From the NCBI GenBank assembly GCA_041661745.1, contig JBAZTR010000002.1:132368-196367 (forward strand): a stretch of DNA of 64,000 bases, read 5' to 3'. Made by a program: the position numbers and the translations under genes. The notes under the pieces were generated by a model, which did no database searches, was not told where the DNA came from, and saw only the letters and a program-made list of their open reading frames with translations. Source of the DNA: Patescibacteria group bacterium (GTDB lineage Bacteria; Patescibacteriota; Patescibacteriia; UBA9934; GWF2-40-263). Numbering within the stretch: the first letter of the stretch is position 1; every line of letters begins with the position of its first letter. This document shows, one piece after another, positions 20,043-31,041 of the stretch.

Positions 20043-20270
20043 ATATTATTTTGTTGCGCCTAGCGAAGCTGGCAATTTTTCCAGCTGCCCCGCCGACGGT
20101 GGCCTTTGGCGGGGTCCCGCCAAAACGAAGTGACGGCGGGAAGCTATGGGCGCATATTATTTTGTTGCGCCTAGCGAAGCTGGCAATTTTTCCAGCTGCC
20201 CCGCCGGCGGTGGCCTTTGGCGGGGTCCCGCCAAAACGAAGTGACGGCGGGAAGCTATGGGCGCATATTG
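20031..20270 (-). repeat. 111-bp tandem repeat (2 units plus a partial) built from the tRNA-Arg 5' end and a palindromic element
   Basis: AGCTATGGGCGCATATT recurs at 20031, 20142 and 20253; the two units differ at one base. Confidence 0.9.
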
Positions 20271-20406
20271 TTTTGCCCTCTTCTGTAAGCTCATACTGTT
20301 GAGCTACGAAGTCCACCGAAGCTCCGAAGCCTATAGATGAAGGCGAGGAGCGAAGGTGGGTGGGCGCATTAAACGAGAGCTTAAACCTCTTTTTTCAACA
20401 AGTCAA

Positions 20407-21102
20407 CTACTTCTCTAGCCTCTTCAAAATAAAAAAACCGTGTCTTACCTTATCTGGTTTTATTTCATGAACTTGTTTTGTTTCAAAACCATGCGCTTTA
20501 AAAAAAGCTTCCCACTCTGGAATACTTTTATAGCCATGCGGTCCGTTCCTTAATTCCAAATTAATCTTCTTATCAATACTAGTAGTTATTTGGCGCTCGG
20601 CTTCACTTTCAACAATATCTTCAGCAATAAAAATTCTACCATCTTTATTTAAGACTCTGTCTATTTCAGAAAAAACGTCTTCCAAATCTTCACCTTCGAC
20701 ATGGTGCAAAACGAAAAACAAAGTCACGGCGTCTTGTGATCCGTCCTCAATCTCCCGCAAATCGCCACCATGTATACTTTCATGCAAATAAGAAGCGTTA
20801 TGGCCTAACCTTTCTAATCTTGCTTTAACTGGTGGCGCCCAATGGTCGTGCGGGTCAACGCCGGTCACAGTTGTCTCTGGCAGCTGGGAATCGATCTGAT
20901 CCATTTCATGACCCTTTCCCGCGCCTAAACACAAAATTGATAAACCACGGCCTTTCTTTTCTCGTAAGGGACGAAGCTCTCCGACCAAACCAACTTCCTT
21001 TAACATCCACTGAGCCCGTTCGGTAAGGGTCTTGTCAACCTGCCCACGAGAAAACTCTCTGATAATCGTCGGCCACAAATCATGTCTTCTTGACTCGTTC
21101 AT
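20407..21102 (-). CDS. Class I SAM-dependent methyltransferase
   Basis: LCLGAGKG, GVD, FVLHHV, RVL..DGRIFIAE. Confidence 0.85.
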   Translation of the reverse strand: MNESRRHDLWPTIIREFSRGQVDKTLTERAQWMLKEVGLVGELRPLREKKGRGLSILCLGAGKGHEMDQIDSQLPETTVTGVDPHDHWAPPVKARLERLGHNASYLHESIHGGDLREIEDGSQDAVTLFFVLHHVEGEDLEDVFSEIDRVLNKDGRIFIAEDIVESEAERQITTSIDKKINLELRNGPHGYKSIPEWEAFFKAHGFETKQVHEIKPDKVRHGFFILKRLEK

Positions 21103-21110
21103 ATCTTTTA

Positions 21111-22043
21111 TTATTTTATCGTCTCTAATCTTTTTTCGTCTCTAATTTCTCTAATCGACAATCCTAAAAAAACAATCAACAAAACAGCGGTGTTAAGCGG
21201 GGCCACCCAGAACGGAAACTCCTTACCAAAACTTTCTAAAACCATTATTCCACCAAGCATACCAATGGAATACATGGCCCCATTTTTTAAATATGCAAAC
21301 TTGTTTATAAAATTAAGACCGTGAACGGTGAACTCTCGGACAACTAGGGCACCAATACCGTTACCAATCAAAATGAGCGGCACGGACATGGTAAAGGCAA
21401 AGGCGCCAATCACCCCATCAATGGAAAAAGAGGCATCGAGGACTTCCAAATAAATTAATTTGCTCCAAGCGCTCATGTTGCCCTTCTTCTCCAATTTTTT
21501 TTCCATTTCTTCGGCGTTCTTTCTGAAACCATCGGTCAAAAAGAAAGCTGTAGCTCCGATCGAAGCGGCCAAAGCCAAAAAGGGATTCACAACAATGGAA
21601 AAATAAATCACCGCGGTGATGAAAAGCGAGGAAATGGCATAAAACCACACCCCTTGGCGATGGATAAATCCCTCGACTAAAAACGCGTACTTTTTTTCTT
21701 CCAAAAATAGCCAAGCTAAAAAGACAAAGAAAAGATAAACCCCACCACCGAGAAGCAATAACGGTTTAGAATGTTCTAAAGCTCTTTCCATTAATTCTGG
21801 ATTGGAAAAAACTAAACTAAAAACTTCACTCAGCGGTTGACCGGCGTTGGCTAACCAAACGATCACGAACGGCAAGACCCCGCGCATGACAAAGACCGCT
21901 AAAAGCAAACCCCAAATCAAAAAAAACTTACGAAACTTTTCCGGAACGGTTTTTAAGACATTGGCGTTAACAATGGCGTTATCAATCGAGCTGATAATTT
22001 CAAAAAGAACCAAACCAAAAATTATAATTAACGTTTGAACCAT
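21111..22043 (-). CDS. DUF475 / TerC-like membrane protein
   Basis: SSIDNAIVNA and YLEVLDASFSIDGVIGAFA. Confidence 0.88.
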   Translation of the reverse strand: MVQTLIIIFGLVLFEIISSIDNAIVNANVLKTVPEKFRKFFLIWGLLLAVFVMRGVLPFVIVWLANAGQPLSEVFSLVFSNPELMERALEHSKPLLLLGGGVYLFFVFLAWLFLEEKKYAFLVEGFIHRQGVWFYAISSLFITAVIYFSIVVNPFLALAASIGATAFFLTDGFRKNAEEMEKKLEKKGNMSAWSKLIYLEVLDASFSIDGVIGAFAFTMSVPLILIGNGIGALVVREFTVHGLNFINKFAYLKNGAMYSIGMLGGIMVLESFGKEFPFWVAPLNTAVLLIVFLGLSIREIRDEKRLETIK

Positions 22044-22046
22044 AAA

Positions 22047-23003
22047 CTAACGAACTAACCGCGCCAGGCGGCGAGTAACTTTATAAAATAAGTAACCGAA
22101 GGGTTTAATTATGTAATCAAAGGTGCCTGGATATTTTACCACTTCACCGCCAAAACCTTTTTTGAAGCGAGTAATCCCGGCCCAAGGATCCTTGGGATCA
22201 TCACTCGAGGCAATGCCCCACCAATCGTAAAACTTTAAACCTTTTTCTTTTGCCTCTTTCATTAACTCCCAGTGTAATAAAAACGGCGCCATCAAATTCC
22301 GGTCTTGGTTTGATGAGGCCCCGTGGAGGTAGGTTCTGGTTTCGTTAAAATCAACCATGATGTTTGCGGCAATTGCTTTACCTTCAAAAAATACGGCGAC
22401 CAAAAAGACCTGCAGGCTGTCGTCGGATAAATTCAACAAATTCTGATAATGCATTTTTGGATGAATCCGGAACCCGTCGCGTTTAGCCGTTTCTTGAAAC
22501 AACGACCAAACCGAATCGAGGGCACCAGACTTCAAAAATTTAACCTCTAAATTTTTGCGCTGAGCCAGGCCGATGTTGTATCTAGTTTTTGGATGCATGG
22601 CCCCCAAAAGTTCTTGTACGCTTGGCTGAAGAGAAGTAATCAAGGTGGTAGCCGGGGTAATGGAAATAGTTTTTCTAATTCGGGGTGACTCAATTTTGTC
22701 TGATGGCTCGAAACGAATAAATAAAGAATGCTTATCGGCCAGAGTTTCTAAAATTTTTAAAATATTTTTCTTATCTGTGGCCATTGGTCCGCAAATGCCG
22801 GAAATATACGACTGTCCTAATGGTAAAAAGATTCGGCCAACGCTGGCCAAGCCGACCAGCTCATTATTTTCAATAAATTCATAACGCTGACCGCTGGCCA
22901 ACTCACTCCACTCCCAAGCATACAAAAAAGCTCCGGAGCGTGGCCCGTACTTTTTTACAAAACTGTTCCATTTTTCTTTTTCCGTAGCTTCCCTCTTTTC
23001 CAT
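22047..23003 (-). CDS. FemABX-family peptidoglycan peptidyltransferase
   Basis: KTRYNI.LA.RK, YLHGAS, YDWWGI, GITRFKKGFGG. Confidence 0.88.
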   Translation of the reverse strand: MEKREATEKEKWNSFVKKYGPRSGAFLYAWEWSELASGQRYEFIENNELVGLASVGRIFLPLGQSYISGICGPMATDKKNILKILETLADKHSLFIRFEPSDKIESPRIRKTISITPATTLITSLQPSVQELLGAMHPKTRYNIGLAQRKNLEVKFLKSGALDSVWSLFQETAKRDGFRIHPKMHYQNLLNLSDDSLQVFLVAVFFEGKAIAANIMVDFNETRTYLHGASSNQDRNLMAPFLLHWELMKEAKEKGLKFYDWWGIASSDDPKDPWAGITRFKKGFGGEVVKYPGTFDYIIKPFGYLFYKVTRRLARLVR

Positions 23004-23006
23004 ATT

Positions 23007-23119
23007 GCCCTCTCCTCTTATCCTCCCCCGTCGTGGCGACGAGGGAGGAAGATTAGAATTTTTTAAAAATTAGTTCTCCCTCTCTCGCTGCCACAGCGGG
23101 GGAGGGCTGGGGTGGGGGA
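23007..23119. repeat. Inverted pair of CCCTCTCC...GGGAGAGGG-type palindromic repeats
   Basis: CCCTCTCCTCTTATCCTCCCCCGTCG...GAGGGAGG and CTCCCTCTCTCGCTG...GGGGAGGGCTGGGGTGGGG. Confidence 0.7.
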
Positions 23120-23668
23120 TTATCGCGACAAAATTTTTAAAGCCGCTCTAATACGATCTTCAGTCGTCGAGCCTTCCAATCCAGATAAAACATCTTCCGC
23201 TTGGCGGCGAGCGTAACCAAGCCCAACCAAACCTTCAACGGCGTCGGCGTCAAAACCAACCGGCCGTCCGGTATCTTCAACCAATACTCCCTTCATTTCA
23301 AGAATAATCTTTTGAGCTGTCTTTTTACCAACCCCGGGGATGTCCGTCAAAAAAGCAATGTCGCCTTTCATTATTTTCTCCTTAACATTTTCGACTGTAT
23401 TGGCAAAAACGATTTTTTGTCCCACCTTTGGTCCAACTCCGGAAACACTTGTCAGCTTCCAAAACAAATTTAGCGCCTCCATCGACAAAAAACCAAACAG
23501 CTCGTGTTGATCTTCTCGCTGAACCTCGTGAGTATAGAGCAAAACCTCGCCGGAAAGTTCGTGGGCCCGATCTTCGGGTAAGTTAACCTTATAACCAACT
23601 CCGCCGACTTCGAGAATGACGAAACCGATTCCGTGATATTCAATTTTGCCACGTAAAGAAGTAATCAT
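23120..23668 (-). CDS. ruvA: Holliday junction branch migration protein RuvA
   Basis: GVGY, VSGVGPK and IPGVGKKTAQKIILE HhH motifs. Confidence 0.95.
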   Translation of the reverse strand: MITSLRGKIEYHGIGFVILEVGGVGYKVNLPEDRAHELSGEVLLYTHEVQREDQHELFGFLSMEALNLFWKLTSVSGVGPKVGQKIVFANTVENVKEKIMKGDIAFLTDIPGVGKKTAQKIILEMKGVLVEDTGRPVGFDADAVEGLVGLGYARRQAEDVLSGLEGSTTEDRIRAALKILSR

Positions 23669-24597
23669 AATGATCTAAACGTCGTCACTCGATTTAGTAT
23701 TTTGCTTTTAACCTCGGCCGACATCTCCGGTGCTTCAGCTTCACCTTTGGCAAAGGCGTGAATCGACGCCAACAACCTACCAAATTCCGGCCCGGGTTTC
23801 ATATTTAAAAGTTTCATTAAATCATCACCGGCCAGACCAGCTTCATGCCAACGTATCTGTTCGGCCCTTTTCTTTTTTTCTGTCTGGCGAAGAAGTCTGG
23901 CCGCCCCGCGCTCGGGGGCGTGATGGCGCTCAGCTGACAAAAAATTGAAACAAACTTTAGACAAGCGTTCGGCATCAGTGGTCATGAGCAAAATAAGTGC
24001 CGACAAAAGCAGATCAAGAAAGTCATCAGCATCACGCCCGTATTTTTGGCAGTACTTTTCTAAATACTCATAAGTCGGCTTGGCCGGACCATGCGAAAAA
24101 TCCTCGATAACTTTTTCGTGCAAAATAATTAGATGAAAAACATCCTCAGTATCCTCCGGTGAAAGCCGAAAATTCTTTGCCAATTCTTGAAACCCGGCTA
24201 AGTATTCTTTATTAACGATTCTGTGAGCATAGGCTTGCTCGACCTCAAGTTTTCCTAATTTATGGGCCAGGATAAAAACCTCGAGTGAAGCCGCTTTTTC
24301 TTTTATGGTTTCTTCGGCCTCGTCAATTTCGCCAAAAAACATTTTGTCGCGCCTTAATTCCTCGATCTCTGACAGATGGATCTTATCGTTAACTATGGCA
24401 TACAAAAAACTCAAAGGTAGCCCAAGCCCATTTATTGATATAGACGAAAAAAGCCGAGCCATAATTTTATCAGCTTGGGCTTTTTCTAAAACCTCGCTCA
24501 CTTGTCTACCAATCTCCTGGTCAGCCAAAACCATCTCCGTGGCCTCGGCCAAAAACTTAGTTTCTTTAGGCTGGTGAGTAGTCCAATCACGCCACAT
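23665..24597 (-). CDS. Hypothetical protein with a C-terminal tail like that of CCA-adding enzymes
   Basis: C-terminal LAGDDLMKLLNMKPGPEFGRLL; no nucleotidyltransferase motif seen. Confidence 0.55.
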   Translation of the reverse strand: MWRDWTTHQPKETKFLAEATEMVLADQEIGRQVSEVLEKAQADKIMARLFSSISINGLGLPLSFLYAIVNDKIHLSEIEELRRDKMFFGEIDEAEETIKEKAASLEVFILAHKLGKLEVEQAYAHRIVNKEYLAGFQELAKNFRLSPEDTEDVFHLIILHEKVIEDFSHGPAKPTYEYLEKYCQKYGRDADDFLDLLLSALILLMTTDAERLSKVCFNFLSAERHHAPERGAARLLRQTEKKKRAEQIRWHEAGLAGDDLMKLLNMKPGPEFGRLLASIHAFAKGEAEAPEMSAEVKSKILNRVTTFRSL

Positions 24598-24751
24598 ATT
24601 TCGTCATAATTTTATCTAAAAAACGGTCTTCTGTCTATTAAATACTCCTGAAAGCCCCGAGATCAATCGAGGGGTTGACTTTTTTCGGCCAATCTCGTAC
24701 ACTTTTGGCACCGTCCAAGCTCTAAAGACGAAACCTGAAAAGTAATAAACT

Positions 24752-25087
24752 ATGTTATCAATCCGTTTTTCTAAAGTCGGCAAGCGCAATCGCCCGGAAT
24801 TCCGCCTGATTGTTGTCGACAAACACAAAGATCCGTGGGGCAAAGCTGTCGAAATTCTCGGCTCCCGCAACCCGCGTACCAAGGCCAATGTCTTTAATCT
24901 TGATCGCATCAAGTATTGGCTCAGCCAAGGTGCCCAACCGTCGGCCACAGTTCACAACCTTTTGGTTGATTTGAAACTGGTCGAAGGCAAAAAGCAGTCG
25001 GTTACTAATATTTCAAACAACCGTACCGCCAAAATGGCCAAAGAAGCCGGCGAGAAAAAGAAAAAAGAAGAAACTCCGGCCGCCTAA
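24752..25087 (+). CDS. rpsP: 30S ribosomal protein S16
   Basis: MLSIRF...GK...P.FR.IV, YWLSQGAQPS.TV. Confidence 0.95.
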   Translation: MLSIRFSKVGKRNRPEFRLIVVDKHKDPWGKAVEILGSRNPRTKANVFNLDRIKYWLSQGAQPSATVHNLLVDLKLVEGKKQSVTNISNNRTAKMAKEAGEKKKKEETPAA

Positions 25088-25126
25088 AAACAACATTTTA
25101 AAAGAGACCGCAACGCGGTCTCTTTT

Positions 25127-25795
25127 TTAAACTTTCTTTTGCTGTTTCCTTCGCCACTCAGCAATCTTTTTATGATCACCGGAAAGCAAAACCTCCGGCA
25201 CCTTCCACTTTTTATAAACTTCCGGTTTGGTGTATTGCGGATATTCAAGTAGCCCTTCTTCGGTATGTGATTCCTCGGCCAGCGACTCTTTTGCTCCAAG
25301 AACGCCGGGAACATTGCGGGCAATGGCATCGGCCATAATCATAGCCGGAAGCTCCCCGCCAGTTAAGACATACGGACCAACAGAGAATGATTCATCAACC
25401 AAATTTTCTTCCACCCGGGCATCGATTCCTTCATATCGCCCACAGAGAAAAATAATTCGATCGTATTTCGCCAAACGAATGGCATCTTTTTGAGTGAAGG
25501 GTTTCCCTGAGGCCGAAGTCAAAATAACCCGAGTCTTAGAGCCCCTCAACGCCTTAATGTCCTTTAGTGCCCTATCAAAAGCCTCCACTTTCATAACCAT
25601 ACCTGGCCCCCCACCATACGGCGTGTCATCAACCCGATGATGCTTATCTAGAGCCCAATCGCGTAAATTGTGTGATTCTATCTTAATTAGACCGCTTTTC
25701 TGGGCCCGCCCCAAAATTGACTCATTGGTATACAAGGTGATCATTTCGGGAAAAATAGTGAGAAAATCGTATTTGTGAATTTTGGCTTTGGACAT
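25127..25795 (-). CDS. trmD: tRNA (guanine37-N1)-methyltransferase
   Basis: VDDTPYGGGPGMV, CGRYEGIDARV, YVLTGGELPA. Confidence 0.97.
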   Translation of the reverse strand: MSKAKIHKYDFLTIFPEMITLYTNESILGRAQKSGLIKIESHNLRDWALDKHHRVDDTPYGGGPGMVMKVEAFDRALKDIKALRGSKTRVILTSASGKPFTQKDAIRLAKYDRIIFLCGRYEGIDARVEENLVDESFSVGPYVLTGGELPAMIMADAIARNVPGVLGAKESLAEESHTEEGLLEYPQYTKPEVYKKWKVPEVLLSGDHKKIAEWRRKQQKKV

Positions 25796-25876
25796 ATTGT
25801 CTACATCCTACCGATTTTTTGTCTAAAAATCAAAACCCCACCGTAAAAACGATGGGGCTTTGTTTTGACTTTGGTT

Positions 25877-26200
25877 TTAAATACCGAGGTCGTCAACCGA
25901 GGCGCTGTCCGTAGCCGGGGCTTCCGCGTTGTGAAAACGACGGGAACCTTCCGGTTCGTAAATCTTCAAATTGACGCGGGCATTGTTCTTGGCCCCGACA
26001 ATCTTTAGAAGAATGCGGATGGCGCGAGCGGTTTGACCCTGGCGACCGATGACGTAGCCCATATCCTCAGGATTGATGTGGAGGGTGATGAGCACGCCGC
26101 GCTCGTCGACAATTCGGTCAGTCTTCACGTCATCCGGATGGTTGACGATCTGCTTAACCAGACTCTCGACAAACAGTTGGTCTTGTTCCATGTCTGCCAT
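25877..26200 (-). CDS. khpA: KH-domain RNA-binding protein KhpA
   Basis: DMGYVIGRQGQTARAIR; start MADMEQ at 26200. Confidence 0.88.
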   Translation of the reverse strand: MADMEQDQLFVESLVKQIVNHPDDVKTDRIVDERGVLITLHINPEDMGYVIGRQGQTARAIRILLKIVGAKNNARVNLKIYEPEGSRRFHNAEAPATDSASVDDLGI

Positions 26201-26409
26201 AACTGCTTTTGCATTAATTTCTGTTAGATTCGGCCTGTTCGACCTGTCCGTAAAGATACGGAGCAACAAGCTATTACTAACCAAAACAAGAGTATCATAA
26301 AGAAGTCGAGGCGTCAATGTGTGTAAGTAATTAAAATGGCTTAAATGAGCAAAATAATTAACACTTTTTAACAGTCCACAGCTTCCCCACACCTAAACAC
26401 CCCAAATCT

Positions 26410-26545
26410 CTTGACAGCCTAAATGAATACAAGTAAAATACTGCCGTTCGCTACAATTCAATTTTTCAAGAAAAAAGGCTCATTCATCCAGTCTTTGGAG
26501 AATGGGTTTTAAAACTCCAGCGAACAACGATCATTCACAATTGAA
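26410..26545 (+). promoter_or_regulatory. rRNA promoter and boxA-like site
   Basis: TTGACA-17 bp-TAAAAT at 26411-26439; GATCATTCACAATTGAA at 26529. Confidence 0.6.
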
Positions 26546-26688
26546 GACCTGCAACAAACAAGCAAAAAGAATCAATTGTCAATTATACGATTGTAACGTC
26601 TATCAATGACAAATATTTAACTCCAAACAATAACGGAGCTAGTCATTTCTCAGAGTTCCTCCGAAGCCCGTAAGGGCAAAGGGGAATT

Positions 26689-28186
<1,498 letters not shown>

Positions 28187-28405
28187 TAAAGGAATCCGAG
28201 GCTTAGGCCTCTATCCTATTAGGTCGACCAGTTAACCGAGTTCGCTCGGCTTAACAGGCAAGGATCAGTCTCGCAAGAGAATGATTTACAGACGTTACAA
28301 TCGTATAGAAGACAATTGCTTGAAGACACCTGAAATATGGTGTTTTTTGTTTATTTTTCCTCTTGACCTTATTGGGTTAATTTTCTATAATATCACTCGT
28401 CAATA

Positions 28406-28476
28406 CGGGCGTGTAGCTTCCCCCTTCGCCTTCGGGCTTCGGAGGACAGGCAGCTGGTCCAGCTTCGCTACACGTT
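28406..28476 (+). repeat. Shadow copy of the tRNA-Ile 5' end with a palindromic insert
   Basis: CGGGCGTGTAGCT|TCCCCTTCGCCTTCGGGCTTCGGAGGACAGG|CAGCTGGT...GCTACACG. Confidence 0.8.
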
Positions 28477-28488
28477 CAAAAATAACCC

Positions 28489-28565
28489 GGGCGTGTAGCT
28501 CAGCTGGTTAGAGCGCAACACTGATAATGTTGAGGTCACAGGTTCGAGTCCTGTCACGCCCACCA
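28489..28565 (+). tRNA. tRNA-Ile(GAT)
   Basis: Cloverleaf, anticodon loop CTGATAA, CCA. Confidence 0.95.
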
Positions 28566-28567
28566 GA

Positions 28568-28642
28568 GCCGAGGTAGCTCAGTGGTAGAGCAGAGGACTG
28601 AAAATCCTCGTGTCGCGAGTCCGATTCTCGCCCTCGGCACCA
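28568..28642 (+). tRNA. tRNA-Phe(GAA)
   Basis: GCCGAGG acceptor stem, anticodon loop CTGAAAA, T-loop TCCGATT, CCA. Confidence 0.92.
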
Positions 28643-28797
28643 CACCACGTCGCTGCATTTTAAATGGAGCTATGTGGTGTGTCCCTCCGAAGTCCTGCCT
28701 GTGGCGGGACGAAGGGGGACATCAAAACATCCAGACTCGTTCTGGGTTTTTTGTTTTATCCATGTTATACTCTTTCCGACAGAAATCTTATAAATAT

Positions 28798-29535
28798 ATG
28801 CGCAAAATATTCACTCTTTTCTTTGCCGTCGCCTTAATTAGTTTTATTGGCCTGCCGGCAGCCAAAGCCGAGGAGGATACTGCCTTAAACGAACCAGTGT
28901 TAATCTCAGAGCAAATCGAAGCTTGTAATGGCAATCAAGGCTTAGTAGTAAAACGTTTAAATAATGACGGCGTCAATGCTATACCAACAGTTTTCGTTTT
29001 AGGTTGCTATGACACCATCCATATTTTTCCTAATGAGCAAACCTACAAAACATGGTGGACTGATTTTGAAGACATCTCTTACGTTGATGGCGCCTATATT
29101 GCTGACAAAAAACTGGAAGGCAATGTGACGATTAGACCAGGAACCTACTTGGTTAAACAACCTTCGAGTCCCAAAGTTTACGCTGTTGAACCCGGTGGTG
29201 TTCTCCGTTGGATCCCCGACGAAACCACGGCCGAGGCTCTTTATGGAAAAAAATGGAATACAATAATCCTAGACCTATCTGACGAACTCTTTTCTGACTA
29301 CACTATCGGTGCAACTCTAACGACCACAGCATATCCTAACGGCGTCTTGGGTTATTTGCCGGAAGGTCGAGTGGTTTACTTGTCGGGAACCTCTTATTAC
29401 AATCTTCCTGGTAGTGTAATGGACCCTCTTCGATTAGAAAGTAAATTTTTAGTTCCTCTCTCGGCCGGAGTTATGGCTACCTATACCGATGGCGGTGACC
29501 TGGCCTACGACCAAGCAATTGCTTTTCCTTTTTAA
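28798..29535 (+). CDS. Secreted hypothetical protein
   Basis: Signal peptide; RPGTYLVK.PSSPKVYAVEPGG.LRWI..E..A..LYG..W, a motif type familiar from CPR surface proteins. Confidence 0.65.
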   Translation: MRKIFTLFFAVALISFIGLPAAKAEEDTALNEPVLISEQIEACNGNQGLVVKRLNNDGVNAIPTVFVLGCYDTIHIFPNEQTYKTWWTDFEDISYVDGAYIADKKLEGNVTIRPGTYLVKQPSSPKVYAVEPGGVLRWIPDETTAEALYGKKWNTIILDLSDELFSDYTIGATLTTTAYPNGVLGYLPEGRVVYLSGTSYYNLPGSVMDPLRLESKFLVPLSAGVMATYTDGGDLAYDQAIAFPF

Positions 29536-29554
29536 AAAAATAATAGAAAAATCT

Positions 29555-29770
29555 ATGGACGATACCATGTTTATCTTAATTTTTGGATTAATGGGTCTCT
29601 TTATTCCGTTATTAGGTCTGGCCAGTTTAGCTTTTTGGGTCTGGATGTTGGTCGATTGTCTTCAACGTAAACTTGCTGAGAACGACAAAATTCTTTGGAT
29701 GTTAGTCATAATCTTCGGCAATATCATTGGAGCACTTATTTATTTCTTCATGATAAAGAACAAAAAATAA
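29555..29770 (+). CDS. PLDc N-terminal domain small membrane protein
   Basis: FWVWMLVDC...K.LWML.IIF..IIGALIYF. Confidence 0.8.
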   Translation: MDDTMFILIFGLMGLFIPLLGLASLAFWVWMLVDCLQRKLAENDKILWMLVIIFGNIIGALIYFFMIKNKK

Positions 29771-29865
29771 CAATAATAAAGCAACAAACAGCCTTGTTTA
29801 CCAGGGCTGTTTTAATATCTTTAAACAGTTGCCAAAAGATAAAGAAACTGTTATAGTTTCCCCCG

Positions 29866-29941
29866 TATCGGGCCGTAGCTTCCCGCCTTTGGCGGGACCC
29901 CGCCAGAGGCGGGGCAGTAGTTTTTCTTCGCTACGGCTGAT
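29866..29941 (+). repeat. Shadow copy of the tRNA-Pro 5' end with a palindromic insert
   Basis: TCGGGCCGTAGCT|TCCCGCCTTTGGCGGGACCCCGCCAGAGGCGGGG|CAGT...GCTACGGCTGA. Confidence 0.8.
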
Positions 29942-29947
29942 AAATGT

Positions 29948-30024
<77 letters not shown>

Positions 30025-30029
30025 TTTCT

Positions 30030-30881
30030 ATGAAAAAGGCATTAATAATTTCTGTTTTAATTTTTGTTCCGTTTTTCTGTTCAGCTGCCGACATTCGTCC
30101 GGGCACTGATGATTATTTAATTGCCAACGGATGGACCGAGGAACAACTGACGACAACAATGGCCACCGAGGGTCGTGAAACTTTTGCCGCAACTACCGGA
30201 GAAGCCAAGGTTGAAGATCCGTCTGGCGATGTCTTAAGTCGCACTGGCACTCATCCTTTAATCAATAATGCTTGGGGCGATATCACCGCGGTTGAAATTA
30301 AAAAGGATGAAACTCGTCAATGTTGGTCAGCCGATTTCACCATGGCCGCAGATATTCCGGCCACGTCTTCTGTTCAGGCTAATTTCTTGATCTACATGGA
30401 TGGCGACAATGACGTTACTAACAACGCACCGGAAGGGGTTCGAGCCAACACTGACAAAGAGTTCTCTATAAAAAATTCTGAGGATGGTTGGTCTGCCGAT
30501 TATCGTTGGTACAACAGTGCCTACAACGCCTTAACTTGGGCTATTAACAAAGACACAACTTCGACTTTCGCTTTCAACGGAAACAAATTGAATGTCTGTA
30601 TTCCCTTCGCCGAAGTTGGTGCGGATATTACACCGATCTGGCGGGCCGCGGTCGCGATTTATGATGGCACCAACACACAAGTTGATGTTGCTCAAAACAC
30701 CGGCTTTCCACCAATCAAGGGCGAGACTGATAACACTGTCAATCAAACATCTGTAAATTATTTAAAAAATCTATTAAGTTGGCAAACACTGGAATTTTTT
30801 GGCGGACTTGTAGTTTTGGCTGGCTTGGTTAAGTTAGTAGTTTGGTTGATTAAAAGAAAGAAAAAAGCGGGTGTCGTATAA
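30030..30881 (+). CDS. Secreted protein with a C-terminal membrane anchor
   Basis: Signal peptide, beta-rich body, C-terminal TM followed by KRKKK. Confidence 0.65.
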   Translation: MKKALIISVLIFVPFFCSAADIRPGTDDYLIANGWTEEQLTTTMATEGRETFAATTGEAKVEDPSGDVLSRTGTHPLINNAWGDITAVEIKKDETRQCWSADFTMAADIPATSSVQANFLIYMDGDNDVTNNAPEGVRANTDKEFSIKNSEDGWSADYRWYNSAYNALTWAINKDTTSTFAFNGNKLNVCIPFAEVGADITPIWRAAVAIYDGTNTQVDVAQNTGFPPIKGETDNTVNQTSVNYLKNLLSWQTLEFFGGLVVLAGLVKLVVWLIKRKKKAGVV

Positions 30882-30940
30882 TGGTAATACCTCAGCTTTC
30901 CAAGCTGATGCCAGGGGTTCGATTCCCCTCACCCGCTCCA
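30867..30940 (+). tRNA. tRNA-Gly(TCC)
   Basis: GCGGGTG acceptor stem, anticodon loop TTTCCAA, GTTCGAT T-loop, CCA. Confidence 0.93.
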
Positions 30941-31041
30941 AATATTGTCACCACGATTTTAATCTCTAATAATTCAGTGGTCGGGGTGAATCAAAATAAA
31001 AGCCATTAAAAAAGACAGGGTGTGATCCTGTCTTTTTTATA

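Noticed and set aside
20031-20270. CRISPR array
   Set aside because: The units are near-identical over their whole length with no unique spacers, and they derive from the tRNA 5' end plus a palindrome
20020-20316. 98-aa and 83-aa repeat ORFs
   Set aside because: Translations of the 111-bp tRNA-derived repeat
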